Of a DNA stretch of 64,000 nt, positions 19,351 to 28,825 are shown piece by piece (position 1 is the stretch's first letter; every line of letters begins with the position of its first letter). Location: NCBI GenBank assembly GCA_963803805.1, contig CAWDOD010000002.1, positions 1,088,001 to 1,152,000 on the forward strand, written 5' to 3'. This stretch comes from an uncultured cyanobacterium (lineage in GTDB: Bacteria > Cyanobacteriota > Cyanobacteriia > Cyanobacteriales > CAWCAG01). The notes under the pieces are model-generated. The model was not told the origin of the DNA and searched no databases. It worked only from the letters and a program-made list of their open reading frames with translations. The position numbers were made by a program, and so were the translations under genes.

Positions 19351-19917
19351 GTGGCAAGTCAGAAAATCCTGGTTATTGATGACAGCCGGGTTATCAGGAT
19401 GCGTGTTAAAGATATGTTGCCTTCGGGTAATATAGAAGTCCTCGAAGCTAAAGATGGTTTGGAAGGGTTTAATTTGATTCGTTCTGAAAACCCCAACCTA
19501 ATTATGCTCGATTTTCTCTTACCGAAAATGAGCGGTTGGGAAGTCTATCAAGCAATTCAAAAGCAAGCTGAATTGCGAGCAATTCCCCTGGTGTTGATGT
19601 CGGGGCGTAAAGAAGAGGTGACAGAGAAAATCCCTGAACCTTTTGAGTATTTTGCTTTTGTAGAAAAGCCTTTTGAGAAAAAGCAGTTGATGGCCGCAGT
19701 TCAAGATGCGATGCGTAAGGCTAAGTTACAGCCTCAACCAGCAACTACTCAATCTACTTCTGTGACGGATACCAACGGTGGCTCCACAGATACCTCAGCC
19801 TTAGAATCAGAAATTAAAGCCCTCAAAGGGAAAGTTGACAAAATGCAGGCAGAAATTGATGCTTTGAAAAAGCAACTAACCAAAGTATTAACTTTTATTA
19901 AACAGAAATTAAAGTAA
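19351..19917 (+). CDS. Response regulator (receiver domain plus C-terminal coiled coil)
   Basis: ILVIDD, IMLDFLLP, EKPF; AAGGAG RBS before GTG. Confidence 0.9.
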   Translation: MASQKILVIDDSRVIRMRVKDMLPSGNIEVLEAKDGLEGFNLIRSENPNLIMLDFLLPKMSGWEVYQAIQKQAELRAIPLVLMSGRKEEVTEKIPEPFEYFAFVEKPFEKKQLMAAVQDAMRKAKLQPQPATTQSTSVTDTNGGSTDTSALESEIKALKGKVDKMQAEIDALKKQLTKVLTFIKQKLK

Positions 19918-19933
19918 AGAAATTGGTGTTCGC

Positions 19934-19949
19934 TGTAACATTGTTTACA
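19934..19949. promoter_or_regulatory. NtcA-type box
   Basis: TGTA-ACATTGTT-TACA is an exact GTA-N8-TAC site. Confidence 0.65.
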
Positions 19950-20006
19950 GAATTATTTTCTTAGTATGGAGGTTACGGCTGACAGGTTTAACGGGGGTAG
20001 TTCCTG

Positions 20007-22772
20007 ATGAGTAGCAAACAATTGCTAGGTCAACAAGAAGATGCTTCTGTGGTGAAGGTAGGAATTTTACATTCTTCAACTGGCACCATGGCAATCAGCG
20101 AACCTTCCCTAGTAGATGCAGAACTAATGGCGATCGCCCAAATCAATCAAACTGGTGGCGTTCTCGGTAAGATTATTCAGCCTGTAATTAAAGACGGAGC
20201 TTCCAATGCTAAAATTTTTGCTACTCAAGGGCAAAAGCTAATTCAGCAAGATGAAGTGGCCACAATCTTCGGCTGTTGGACTTCTGCAAGTCGTAAAGCT
20301 GTTTTGCCAGTAGTAGAAAGATTCAACAAACTGCTGTGGTATCCTCTCCAATACGAAGGCTTGGAATGCTCTCCCCAAATTGTCTATAACGGTAGTTGCC
20401 CCAACCAACAAATAGAGCCAGCAGTGAGTTGGTTATTAGAGAATAAAGGCAAGAGATTTTACCTCCTTGGCTCAGATTATGTTTTTCCTCGTACCGTTCA
20501 TAAGGTTATCCAAGCCCAACTTAAGCGTGAGGGGGGTGAATGTGTCACCCAGAAATTCGTTCCTTTAGGCAGTAAGGATTTTCAAGAGATAATTCAAGAA
20601 GTTAAACAAATTCAACCAGATGTTGTTTTTAGTACCCTCAACGGCGATAGTAATTTAGCTTTCTATCAGCAGTATCAAGAAGCAGGGATTAATGCTCAAG
20701 AAATTCCGATTATGGCAGTTAGCGTTGCTGAAGAAGAACTAAGACGCATTGGTGGAGAAGTTGCCATAGGACATTATGCTGCTTGGAGTTATTTTCAAAG
20801 CCTTGATACTAAGGAAAATCAAACTTTTGTCAAGAATTACCAAAGGCGATATGGCAAAGAAAGGGTAACTAGCGATCCTATCGAGGCAGCTTATGCCCAA
20901 GTCTATTTATGGAAATTAGCTGTTGAGAAAGCTCAATCTTTCGCCACAGATAAAGTAAGAGAAGCTTTCCCTGGTATTGGTTTTGAAGCACCAGGAGGTT
21001 GGATTAGTATTGAAAGGAATCAACATTTAGCTAAACCCTGTCGTATAGGTAAAATTTTATCAACAGGTCAATTTGAAGTTGTCTATGATAGCGAACTAAT
21101 CAAACCTAAACCCTGGTTAGGTGTGGAGGATATAGCTAATTCCCGACAAGCAGTTATTATTGACTTACTAGCAGAAGTTTCTCCCAGCATTGAGTATAGT
21201 TGTCAACTCGAAGAAAATTCCCGTGCTAGGGAGAAATTGATGGCGGAGTTAGTTGATTCTAATCAGCAGTTGCGAACTACCCAAGAAAAACTCCTAGCCT
21301 CAGAAGCTCAATCTCAAGAATTACGCAAAAGAGAAGAACTACTTAAGCATCGCTTATCTAGCCAAATTCGTAATTCTTTAGAGCTAGATAAAATTTTAAC
21401 CATTGCGGTAGAAGAAGTTCGCCATCTTTTACATATCGATCGTTGTGAGTTTCTTTTCCTTGATAAAAGATTGCCTCAAAGAAGTTATCTTGCTTATGAA
21501 ATTTCTTTGGCAGATGATTTAACGAAACAGGATAATAGTTTGGTGTTTGAGCTAGTAGAAAAATTACTTGAAAATACTGAGCTACTAAAAATTGATGATA
21601 TTTCCCAAAGTGAGCATTGGCAGCTAAAGCAATTAGGCTTAAAATCTTTGTTAGCTATTCCTGTCGGTATTTATAGTAAAAAGAATTTTGTCCCCAGAAA
21701 AGGCATTATTATTTGTCAACAATATACCCACAGCAAAATTTGGGTAGATCAAGACATAGAACTACTACAAATGGTAGTCGAACAGTTAGCGATCGCCATT
21801 GAACAAGCCACTCTTTATGAACAAAGTCTTCAAGCCGCAGCCCATGCCCAAGCCCAAGCTCAACAGTTAGAAAAAACCATCACAGAGCTTCAAGAAACTC
21901 AAGCTCAACTGATCCAAACAGAAAAAATGTCTACCTTGGGGCAATTAGTAGCGGGTATTGCTCACGAAATTAATAATCCTGTCAGTTTCATTTGCGGCAA
22001 CCTTGATTATGCCAAAGAATATGTGGCTAATTTGCTCCAAATTATTGAACTATATCAAAAACACCAAAGGGAATCGAACCAAGAAATTGACGATTATGTT
22101 GAAGAAATTGAACTAGATTTTCTGAAAGAAGACTTACCCAAAACCATCAATTCTATGGAGTTAGGGGCCCAGAGAATTATGAAATTAGTCTTATCTTTAC
22201 GTAACTTCTCCCGTCGTAAGCAATCTCATTTGCAAGAAGTAGATATTCATGAAGGTTTAGATAGTACCTTGGTGATTTTAAGCAACAGAATCAAATCCCA
22301 AGGCTCCCGCCCCCAAATTAAAATAATTAAAGAATATGGAGATATTCCCTTAGTAGGATGTTATCCTAGCGAGATTAATCAAGTATTTATGAACATATTG
22401 GGCAATGCTATTGATGCTCTTGAAGAGTCTTGGCAAAAAGAAGAGATTTCGCCTCCAGAGAGTTTAACCCTCAAGATACATACAGAATTAGCAGAGCAAA
22501 ACACAGTAATTATCAAGATTGCCGACAATGGTGCTGGTATTGCTCCTGATACTCAAAGCCATTTATTTGATCCCTTTTTCACCACTAAACCCATGGGAAA
22601 AGGTACTGGTTTAGGATTATCCATCAGCCACAGTATTGTGGTAGATAAACACGGAGGAAAACTAGAGTGTAGCTCAATTCCAGGACAGGGAACAGAATTT
22701 CTTATTAAGCTAGCCGTCGCTCCGCAATCTACTAAAACTCAAGACTCTTCTCCATCTTCTGTAATTGCTTAA
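20007..22772 (+). CDS. UrtA/AmiC-like amide-binding domain, GAF and histidine kinase fusion
   Basis: VGILHSSTGTMAISE, GCWTSASRK, YPLQYEGLE and GSDYVFPR (UrtA-like); GAF (QLAIAIEQA); H-box AHEINNP; FFTTKPMGKGTGLGL. Confidence 0.9.
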   Translation: MSSKQLLGQQEDASVVKVGILHSSTGTMAISEPSLVDAELMAIAQINQTGGVLGKIIQPVIKDGASNAKIFATQGQKLIQQDEVATIFGCWTSASRKAVLPVVERFNKLLWYPLQYEGLECSPQIVYNGSCPNQQIEPAVSWLLENKGKRFYLLGSDYVFPRTVHKVIQAQLKREGGECVTQKFVPLGSKDFQEIIQEVKQIQPDVVFSTLNGDSNLAFYQQYQEAGINAQEIPIMAVSVAEEELRRIGGEVAIGHYAAWSYFQSLDTKENQTFVKNYQRRYGKERVTSDPIEAAYAQVYLWKLAVEKAQSFATDKVREAFPGIGFEAPGGWISIERNQHLAKPCRIGKILSTGQFEVVYDSELIKPKPWLGVEDIANSRQAVIIDLLAEVSPSIEYSCQLEENSRAREKLMAELVDSNQQLRTTQEKLLASEAQSQELRKREELLKHRLSSQIRNSLELDKILTIAVEEVRHLLHIDRCEFLFLDKRLPQRSYLAYEISLADDLTKQDNSLVFELVEKLLENTELLKIDDISQSEHWQLKQLGLKSLLAIPVGIYSKKNFVPRKGIIICQQYTHSKIWVDQDIELLQMVVEQLAIAIEQATLYEQSLQAAAHAQAQAQQLEKTITELQETQAQLIQTEKMSTLGQLVAGIAHEINNPVSFICGNLDYAKEYVANLLQIIELYQKHQRESNQEIDDYVEEIELDFLKEDLPKTINSMELGAQRIMKLVLSLRNFSRRKQSHLQEVDIHEGLDSTLVILSNRIKSQGSRPQIKIIKEYGDIPLVGCYPSEINQVFMNILGNAIDALEESWQKEEISPPESLTLKIHTELAEQNTVIIKIADNGAGIAPDTQSHLFDPFFTTKPMGKGTGLGLSISHSIVVDKHGGKLECSSIPGQGTEFLIKLAVAPQSTKTQDSSPSSVIA

Positions 22773-22776
22773 GTAT

Positions 22777-23268
22777 TTAATCAGAAGCATGACTTTTTTT
22801 ACGCTGGGATTCTTTATTAAAACCTGGTAAATCTTTAGCATGGGGAGTTTGGTAACAAACTAGTAACAATGCCCCCATAACTAAAAGGAAAGCACAAACT
22901 GCTAAAATCTGTTCCCAATGGATTTTTAGCACTCCCTCAACAATAATTTCTCGCAAAGCAGAAACAATCGCCACCTCCACTGCTACTTCTACAGAAATAC
23001 GATGTTCTTGTAAATAAACTACCAGTAATCGAAATAGCTCTACTAAAATCAATAAAAAAAGAATATCTGAGGTAACAGCCTCAAATGCTAGAGGAGGAGC
23101 AAGTAAAGAGCGAAATACTTCTGTCAGCAGAATCAACATTGCCCCTAGTAGCCACACCCCCAGAGAAATAACGATGAAGTCTTGAACAATCTCTAAATTA
23201 CGAATAATTCTGCGTCGGTGAAACAACCACCGATACCAAGTGTTAACTTTCTTATTGCGAAAAGACAT
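22777..23268 (-). CDS. Phosphate-starvation-inducible PsiE family membrane protein
   Basis: Four TMs, LILVELFRLL, EVAIVSALREII. Confidence 0.85.
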   Translation of the reverse strand: MSFRNKKVNTWYRWLFHRRRIIRNLEIVQDFIVISLGVWLLGAMLILLTEVFRSLLAPPLAFEAVTSDILFLLILVELFRLLVVYLQEHRISVEVAVEVAIVSALREIIVEGVLKIHWEQILAVCAFLLVMGALLLVCYQTPHAKDLPGFNKESQRKKSHASD

Positions 23269-23444
23269 TTGCTTTAATTAAGTTGGAGTTCTCTGTTCCA
23301 GTTTATTATTAGTTAATGTCCAAAATATTTTTCGGAGCAAAGTATATTTCCCTAATTCCTAAAGACATGGGTGAAAATCAGACATTGGTTCAATTTAGCA
23401 ACAAAATTAATAAAAATTATTCTATTTGTTATTAAATAATTAAT

Positions 23445-23639
23445 ATGGATAAGCAATTAGGATTTATTATAAAACTTTTCCTTATTTCCAGTTTATTTTC
23501 TTTATTCATCAAGTATGTTGCTCCTTCCTTTGCTATTACCCCAACCACAAACAATACTTTAATTGCTATATCTTTACCTTCTCTGGTAATAGCAGTATTA
23601 CTTATTTGGCGCAATTTTAAAACCTCAAAAGGAGATTAG
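23445..23639 (+). CDS. Small two-TM hypothetical protein
   Basis: 64 aa with two hydrophobic helices, co-oriented with the downstream genes. Confidence 0.65.
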   Translation: MDKQLGFIIKLFLISSLFSLFIKYVAPSFAITPTTNNTLIAISLPSLVIAVLLIWRNFKTSKGD

Positions 23640-23687
23640 CTAAACAATTGTATTCAATGTATAAAAAATGAGGAGAATGTCTAATTT

Positions 23688-24833
23688 ATGAATTTAGGTA
23701 AATGGATTGGCTTTTTTACCTTTGTTGTTTCTTTATATATTATTTGGCAAATCAAGCAAATAATCTTACTTCTATTAACAGCAGTAATTTTAGCTAATGC
23801 TTTGAATATTTTAGTCAAAAAGTTTCAAAAATTACGTATCAAGCGTGGTTATGCAGTACTGCTTACTGTTATTGTTTCTTTAATAACTATTATCGGCTTT
23901 TTCTGGTTAATTGTTCCCCCTTTTATTAATCAATTTCAGCAGCTAGCTGAATTAGTTCCTCAAGGTATAGAACAACTTAATACCTGGGTTAATAAATTAG
24001 AAAACCGAATCGATCCGGCGGTAATTGAGTCTTTACCTAAAGTAGATAGATTATTCGATCAACTACAACCACTATTAAATAGACTTTTAGGGGGGGGATG
24101 GACTGTTTTCTCTAGCTCTTTGAGTGTATTGCTCAACATTCTGCTGGTGCTAGTTATTAATTTGATGCTTTTAGTTAATCCTGACCCCTATCGTCAAGGA
24201 TTTATCCGGCTATTTCCTTCTTTTTATCGGCGACGAGTTGACAAAATTTTGTTGCTTTGTGAAGAAGATTTGCAAGGCTGGCTAGTTGGTATCTTATTCA
24301 ATATGGCAGTCATTTCTGTCATGAGCTTCATTGCTCTTTTAGTTTTGAAGATTCCTCTAGCTTTATCCCAAGCAACTCTAGCCGGCTTATTAACCTTTAT
24401 TCCTAACATCGGGCCCGCTTTAAGTGTGATTCCCCCTATAGCCCTTTCTTTATTGGAAGAGCCTTGGAAAGCTATTGCGGTTTTAGGAGCTTATGTCCTG
24501 ATTCAACAAATTGAAAGTAATTTACTAACGCCCCTAGTAATGGCTCAACAGGTATCTTTACTACCAGCCTTTACCTTACTCGCTCAAGTCTTTTTTGCCA
24601 GCTTCTTCGGCTTCTTAGGGCTATTTCTTGCTCTACCCTTAACTGTAATTGCTCAAGTCTGGATTAAGGAAATGCTGCTCAAGGATATTTTAGATCAATG
24701 GAAACGCAAAGAACACCAAGAATTTCAGCTAGTTCCTCTCACTGTTCCAGCAAATCCTATACCTGTAGATAGTTTACCGGAAGAGAAAGTTGGGGAGGTA
24801 GACGATATAGGAGAAATAGGGGAAGAGGAATAA
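23688..24833 (+). CDS. AI-2E family transporter
   Basis: FIPNIGP, QQIESNLLTP, GFLGLFLALPL. Confidence 0.92.
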   Translation: MNLGKWIGFFTFVVSLYIIWQIKQIILLLLTAVILANALNILVKKFQKLRIKRGYAVLLTVIVSLITIIGFFWLIVPPFINQFQQLAELVPQGIEQLNTWVNKLENRIDPAVIESLPKVDRLFDQLQPLLNRLLGGGWTVFSSSLSVLLNILLVLVINLMLLVNPDPYRQGFIRLFPSFYRRRVDKILLLCEEDLQGWLVGILFNMAVISVMSFIALLVLKIPLALSQATLAGLLTFIPNIGPALSVIPPIALSLLEEPWKAIAVLGAYVLIQQIESNLLTPLVMAQQVSLLPAFTLLAQVFFASFFGFLGLFLALPLTVIAQVWIKEMLLKDILDQWKRKEHQEFQLVPLTVPANPIPVDSLPEEKVGEVDDIGEIGEEE

Positions 24834-24865
24834 TATTACTTATTACTTATCCTACTCTCCCCATT

Positions 24866-26080
24866 ATGCGAACAATAGCAGAAATCAACGACAAAATTAG
24901 CCGTTCCTGTGCAGTTGTTTTAACTGTTGAAGAACTTAAAACTAGGGTTGCAGAAGTGGGAATAACCCAGACAGCTAAAGAAGTGGATGTGATCACAACC
25001 GGAACCTTTGAGCCGATGGAATCTTCTGGGGCTGTTATAAATTTGGGTCATACAGATCCCCCCATTAAAATTCGTCAATGCTGGTTAGATGGGGTTCCTG
25101 CTTATGCTGGGCTTGGGGCAGTGGATCTCTACCTTGGGGCTACAGCCATGGCTGATTATGGTAGTACAGGGGAAAGTAGTGATCTAGATAGCCGTTCAGG
25201 AATATCTAACCAAGAGCGAGGAGGAGGTCATGTTATTGAGGATCTGATTGCAGGTAAAGCAGTAAATTTGAAAGCAGTTGGTCAAGTTACAGACTGCTAC
25301 CCCAAAGCTTCTTTAGATACAACAATTACTCGTGATCGCATCAATCAATTTTACCTATTTAATCCCCGCAACCTCTATCAAAATTTCATTGTTGGAGTTA
25401 ATGGAGGAGAGCAACCTTTATTTACCTATCTTGGCCCTTTACAACCACGACTTGGTAATGCTGTTTACTCTAGCCCTGGAGCAATTTCCCCTTTGCTCAA
25501 TGACCCAGACTTACAACTGATTGGTTTGGGGAGCAAGATTTTTTTAGGCGGAGGCATCGGTTATGTTACCTGGGAAGGGACGCAACACTTTCCTTTACAA
25601 AAACGCCTACCTAATCGTACCCCCATCGGCCCAGCCGCAACTTTGGCTCTCATTGGCGATGCCAAACAAATGAATTCCCGTTGGGTTAGGGGTTGTTATT
25701 TTAAAAAATATGGTTCTTCTCTGATGTTAGGAGTTGGTGTACCTCTACCAGTGTTGGCAGAAGAAGTAGTAGTGCATTGTGCGGTTAAAGATGAAGAAAT
25801 TGTTGCTCCAGTGGTAGATTTTGCCATTCCTCGCCGGGTTCGTCCTACCTTTGGTTTAGTTACTTATGCTCAATTGAAAGCAGGAGTTATTACCATTGAA
25901 GGTGAAAGAGTTCGGGTGGCTCCTTTAGCCAGTATTTCTTTGTCTCGGAAAGTAGCTCAAGAATTAAAACAATGGATTGATTCTGGTCAGTTTACTTTAA
26001 CTGAACCAGTAGCTCCCATTCCCAAAGAAAGCTCATTTTTACCCCAAGAGCATTGGGGGGCAGAAATCAGTTTAGAGTAG
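24866..26080 (+). CDS. DUF39 homocysteine-biosynthesis family protein (MJ0100/MA1821-like), no CBS domains
   Basis: RTIAEINDKI, DVITTGTF, GAVDLYLGAT, GGHVIEDL, FNPRN, ISPLLNDP. Confidence 0.88.
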   Translation: MRTIAEINDKISRSCAVVLTVEELKTRVAEVGITQTAKEVDVITTGTFEPMESSGAVINLGHTDPPIKIRQCWLDGVPAYAGLGAVDLYLGATAMADYGSTGESSDLDSRSGISNQERGGGHVIEDLIAGKAVNLKAVGQVTDCYPKASLDTTITRDRINQFYLFNPRNLYQNFIVGVNGGEQPLFTYLGPLQPRLGNAVYSSPGAISPLLNDPDLQLIGLGSKIFLGGGIGYVTWEGTQHFPLQKRLPNRTPIGPAATLALIGDAKQMNSRWVRGCYFKKYGSSLMLGVGVPLPVLAEEVVVHCAVKDEEIVAPVVDFAIPRRVRPTFGLVTYAQLKAGVITIEGERVRVAPLASISLSRKVAQELKQWIDSGQFTLTEPVAPIPKESSFLPQEHWGAEISLE

Positions 26081-26108
26081 AGCTTTGGTGCTTTACTCTA
26101 AACTAATC

Positions 26109-27044
26109 CTATTTTTCTTGACGTTTAGTGGGTTTAGGAGTGGGTTTAGGAAGAGGTTTACTAGTTGGTGATTTGTCTGTCTTAGGACGAGGACGATTCC
26201 CTGAAAAAGACTTGCGCCCTTGTTGGGGACGGCGACGGCGGTTGCCGCCAGGAGATTTTTTCCCTTTTCTTTTTTTGATTGGCATAACCCCAATGTCTGT
26301 AGCTTCTAGAAGTAACAGCTTGTCACCTTGGAGTTGTACCTGGAAGTCCCAAAAATGCCCTACAGCGCGATCGCTACTCAGATCACCACTAAGTTCCAAT
26401 TTAAAAAACTTTGTGCTTTCTGACTCCCGGCGAGGAGCTTGTTGAATTTTGACAACGACTTTTTCCTGTTCTTTGGAGTGATAAATCACCTCGCCACGAA
26501 TGGAGAAGAAGCCATCTTTAACATCATCAGAAGAAACATCTTCTGATGACTCTTCTTTGGTTGAGTCAACATCATCTGATTCTGTCTGACTTAAGGTTTC
26601 TGGCTCCCAGACACCCACAATCTGTACGTGTAAGTCACCATCATTTTGTCTGGTTCGAGGATAAACAACCCAAAGATGGGATTCCTCCAAATTCAAATGA
26701 TTTTTTACCAAACTAATAACGCGACCTAACAAAACAGAATCTAAGGGATTATCTTCTGAGGTAAAGAGGTTACCTCTAGTTAACTGCTCTTCGGAAGGTT
26801 GATATTTACCTCGAACCAAACCAATAGCCCGGTATTGCCTAGGCTCACTAGGTGGGGGAATTGGATGCTGTCGAGATGGGGGAGCCGAATTGAGTTTATT
26901 TGTATCATCAGAAGCTGATTTATCTGGCAAGCCAGAAGTTTTAGTTTCTGTGATTTCTGTTGAATCTGACAAGTTGGGTGGAACTGGCGAAGCTTCGCCA
27001 GAAGGTTGATTTGCTTGCTGAAAACCGTTTCCAGAGGGGTTCAT
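26109..27044 (-). CDS. Conserved cyanobacterial hypothetical protein
   Basis: PIPPPSEPRQYRAIGLVRG, HLWVVYPRT, QIVGVWEPETL; basic tail. ATG at 27044 (AAGGA upstream) preferred over GTG at 27068. Confidence 0.8.
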   Translation of the reverse strand: MNPSGNGFQQANQPSGEASPVPPNLSDSTEITETKTSGLPDKSASDDTNKLNSAPPSRQHPIPPPSEPRQYRAIGLVRGKYQPSEEQLTRGNLFTSEDNPLDSVLLGRVISLVKNHLNLEESHLWVVYPRTRQNDGDLHVQIVGVWEPETLSQTESDDVDSTKEESSEDVSSDDVKDGFFSIRGEVIYHSKEQEKVVVKIQQAPRRESESTKFFKLELSGDLSSDRAVGHFWDFQVQLQGDKLLLLEATDIGVMPIKKRKGKKSPGGNRRRRPQQGRKSFSGNRPRPKTDKSPTSKPLPKPTPKPTKRQEK

Positions 27045-27529
27045 AGAAAATCCTTGCAGCGGAGACACATTCCCTTATGGGAGTCAGTATGACATCCTAT
27101 TTAAAATAGAGTAGTTTCACCAGCATCTTTAGCTCCTTGAGTATTTATTTAATTGTTCCTATAGGAAAAGGAACAATCAATTTTAAGACTAAATGAACTT
27201 GCTGTTGACCTGCTCATTGTACTCAATGCAATAGGTTAAAAGGTATATCAGTACAATTTACTAAACTTTTTTTGATTACTTAATTTAATCTGTCAAAAAA
27301 TTCCTTTGTCTTAAATTCTCCCTAATCTAGATTTTAATCACTAACACAATAGTTTTAGGAATTATTACCCTCTCAATTAAAGCAAGCTTATTTTAGATAA
27401 AATAGCTAATAGGGCAGAGTGAGTTTGTGCCTATTCTCCTGTAACCTTTCTAATGGTAGTTCAATTTCTTAACTTAAAGATTTAACCTTCAGTTCAAGAG
27501 CAAATATTGTTTAGATAGAGTTTAAGATC

Positions 27530-28414
27530 GTGAGAGCATCCCAACAAAAGCGCAGCCGCTGGCTATATGCAAGTGTTGTCATATTAATCCTCATATTCGT
27601 TGGCTTTTCCATTTTACCTGTACTCAATACTGTTGTTAGAGACAATGTATCTTCTACCAAAACAAGGAGTACAGTCAGTGAAAATCGCCAAGAAGAGCTA
27701 GAAACTGAAGCGAGGGGTTATGAGTTGGTTCTAGAGCGCGAACCCAACAATACCGCCGCCCTCAGAGGTATTATTGACATCAAGCTACAACAGAACGATA
27801 TCCAAGGAACCATTAAGCCTTTGGAGACTTTAGCTAATCTTAAACCAGAACAAACTGATTACAAAGTATTATTAGCCCAAGCAAAACAGCAAGTCAGAGA
27901 TTATGATGGCTCGGCACAGGCTTATAATCAAGTTTTGGAGTTAAGACCAGGAAATATCAACGCTTTACAAGGACTAGTTGGTTTGATGTTACAGCAGGAT
28001 CGCCCCGAAGGTGCTGTTGGTTTACTTCAAGAGGAGTTGAAAAAAGCAAACCAAGCTAATGCTGTAGAACCAGATACCATTGATGCTACTTCTATTGAAT
28101 TGTTGTTAGGGCAAGTCTACGCTCAACAACAGCGTTATACTGAAGCCGTAGCTGTTTATGACCAAGCAATTGATAGTGATAAGCAAGATTTTCGTCCTGT
28201 ATTAGCTAAGGCTTTAGTGTTGCAACAGCAAGGCAAATATGCTGAGTCAAAGCCTCTATTTATTACTGCTGTTTCTTTAGCACCACCTAAATATAAAGAC
28301 CAAATTAAACAAATGGCTTTAGAACTACCGATTCCTGATGTGGTTCCTCCCCAAGCAAGCTCTGATAATGAAGCAACAGAGGAAAATGCTGCTGAAGCTA
28401 CTGAAGAAGAATAG
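27530..28414 (+). CDS. Membrane-anchored tetratricopeptide repeat protein
   Basis: N-terminal TM followed by TPR-like helices (LLLGQVYAQQQRYTEAVAVYDQAI). Confidence 0.88.
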   Translation: MRASQQKRSRWLYASVVILILIFVGFSILPVLNTVVRDNVSSTKTRSTVSENRQEELETEARGYELVLEREPNNTAALRGIIDIKLQQNDIQGTIKPLETLANLKPEQTDYKVLLAQAKQQVRDYDGSAQAYNQVLELRPGNINALQGLVGLMLQQDRPEGAVGLLQEELKKANQANAVEPDTIDATSIELLLGQVYAQQQRYTEAVAVYDQAIDSDKQDFRPVLAKALVLQQQGKYAESKPLFITAVSLAPPKYKDQIKQMALELPIPDVVPPQASSDNEATEENAAEATEEE

Positions 28415-28607
28415 GGATTCTTGCCAAGAAAACTTTAGATACAAGGTGAAGACATTTGCCAATCAATAATATTTTTCTAGCAAATTTTAAGATTTTTAAC
28501 AAATAGTGTTGAGAATTATTTAAACTTGGTTGTTCTTCAAAGAGATTTTGAAGACAGCATGGTAACTTCAATGGGAGATTTGTAAATTATATTGAGTTAG
28601 AAAAAAT

Positions 28608-28814
28608 ATGTTGAACGTGCAGTCTACTCAAACAGAAGGGGAATTATTTCGCGAAGATATCAGCGAATATGTAGCTCAGCTACAACTCCATATGGCGTTG
28701 CAAGCACGTAACTTAGTTCCTAACCTGACTCAACAAGTAGCTGGCAGTAGAGAGCAGCTATTGCAAGAAACCCAGGCTAATATCGAAAAATTAGTTTCTC
28801 GTCAGGAAATCTAA
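28608..28814 (+). CDS. Small hypothetical protein
   Basis: 68-aa ORF (EYVAQLQLHMALQARNLVP) in its own intergenic slot. Confidence 0.7.
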   Translation: MLNVQSTQTEGELFREDISEYVAQLQLHMALQARNLVPNLTQQVAGSREQLLQETQANIEKLVSRQEI

Positions 28815-28825
28815 AACTGCAACTC

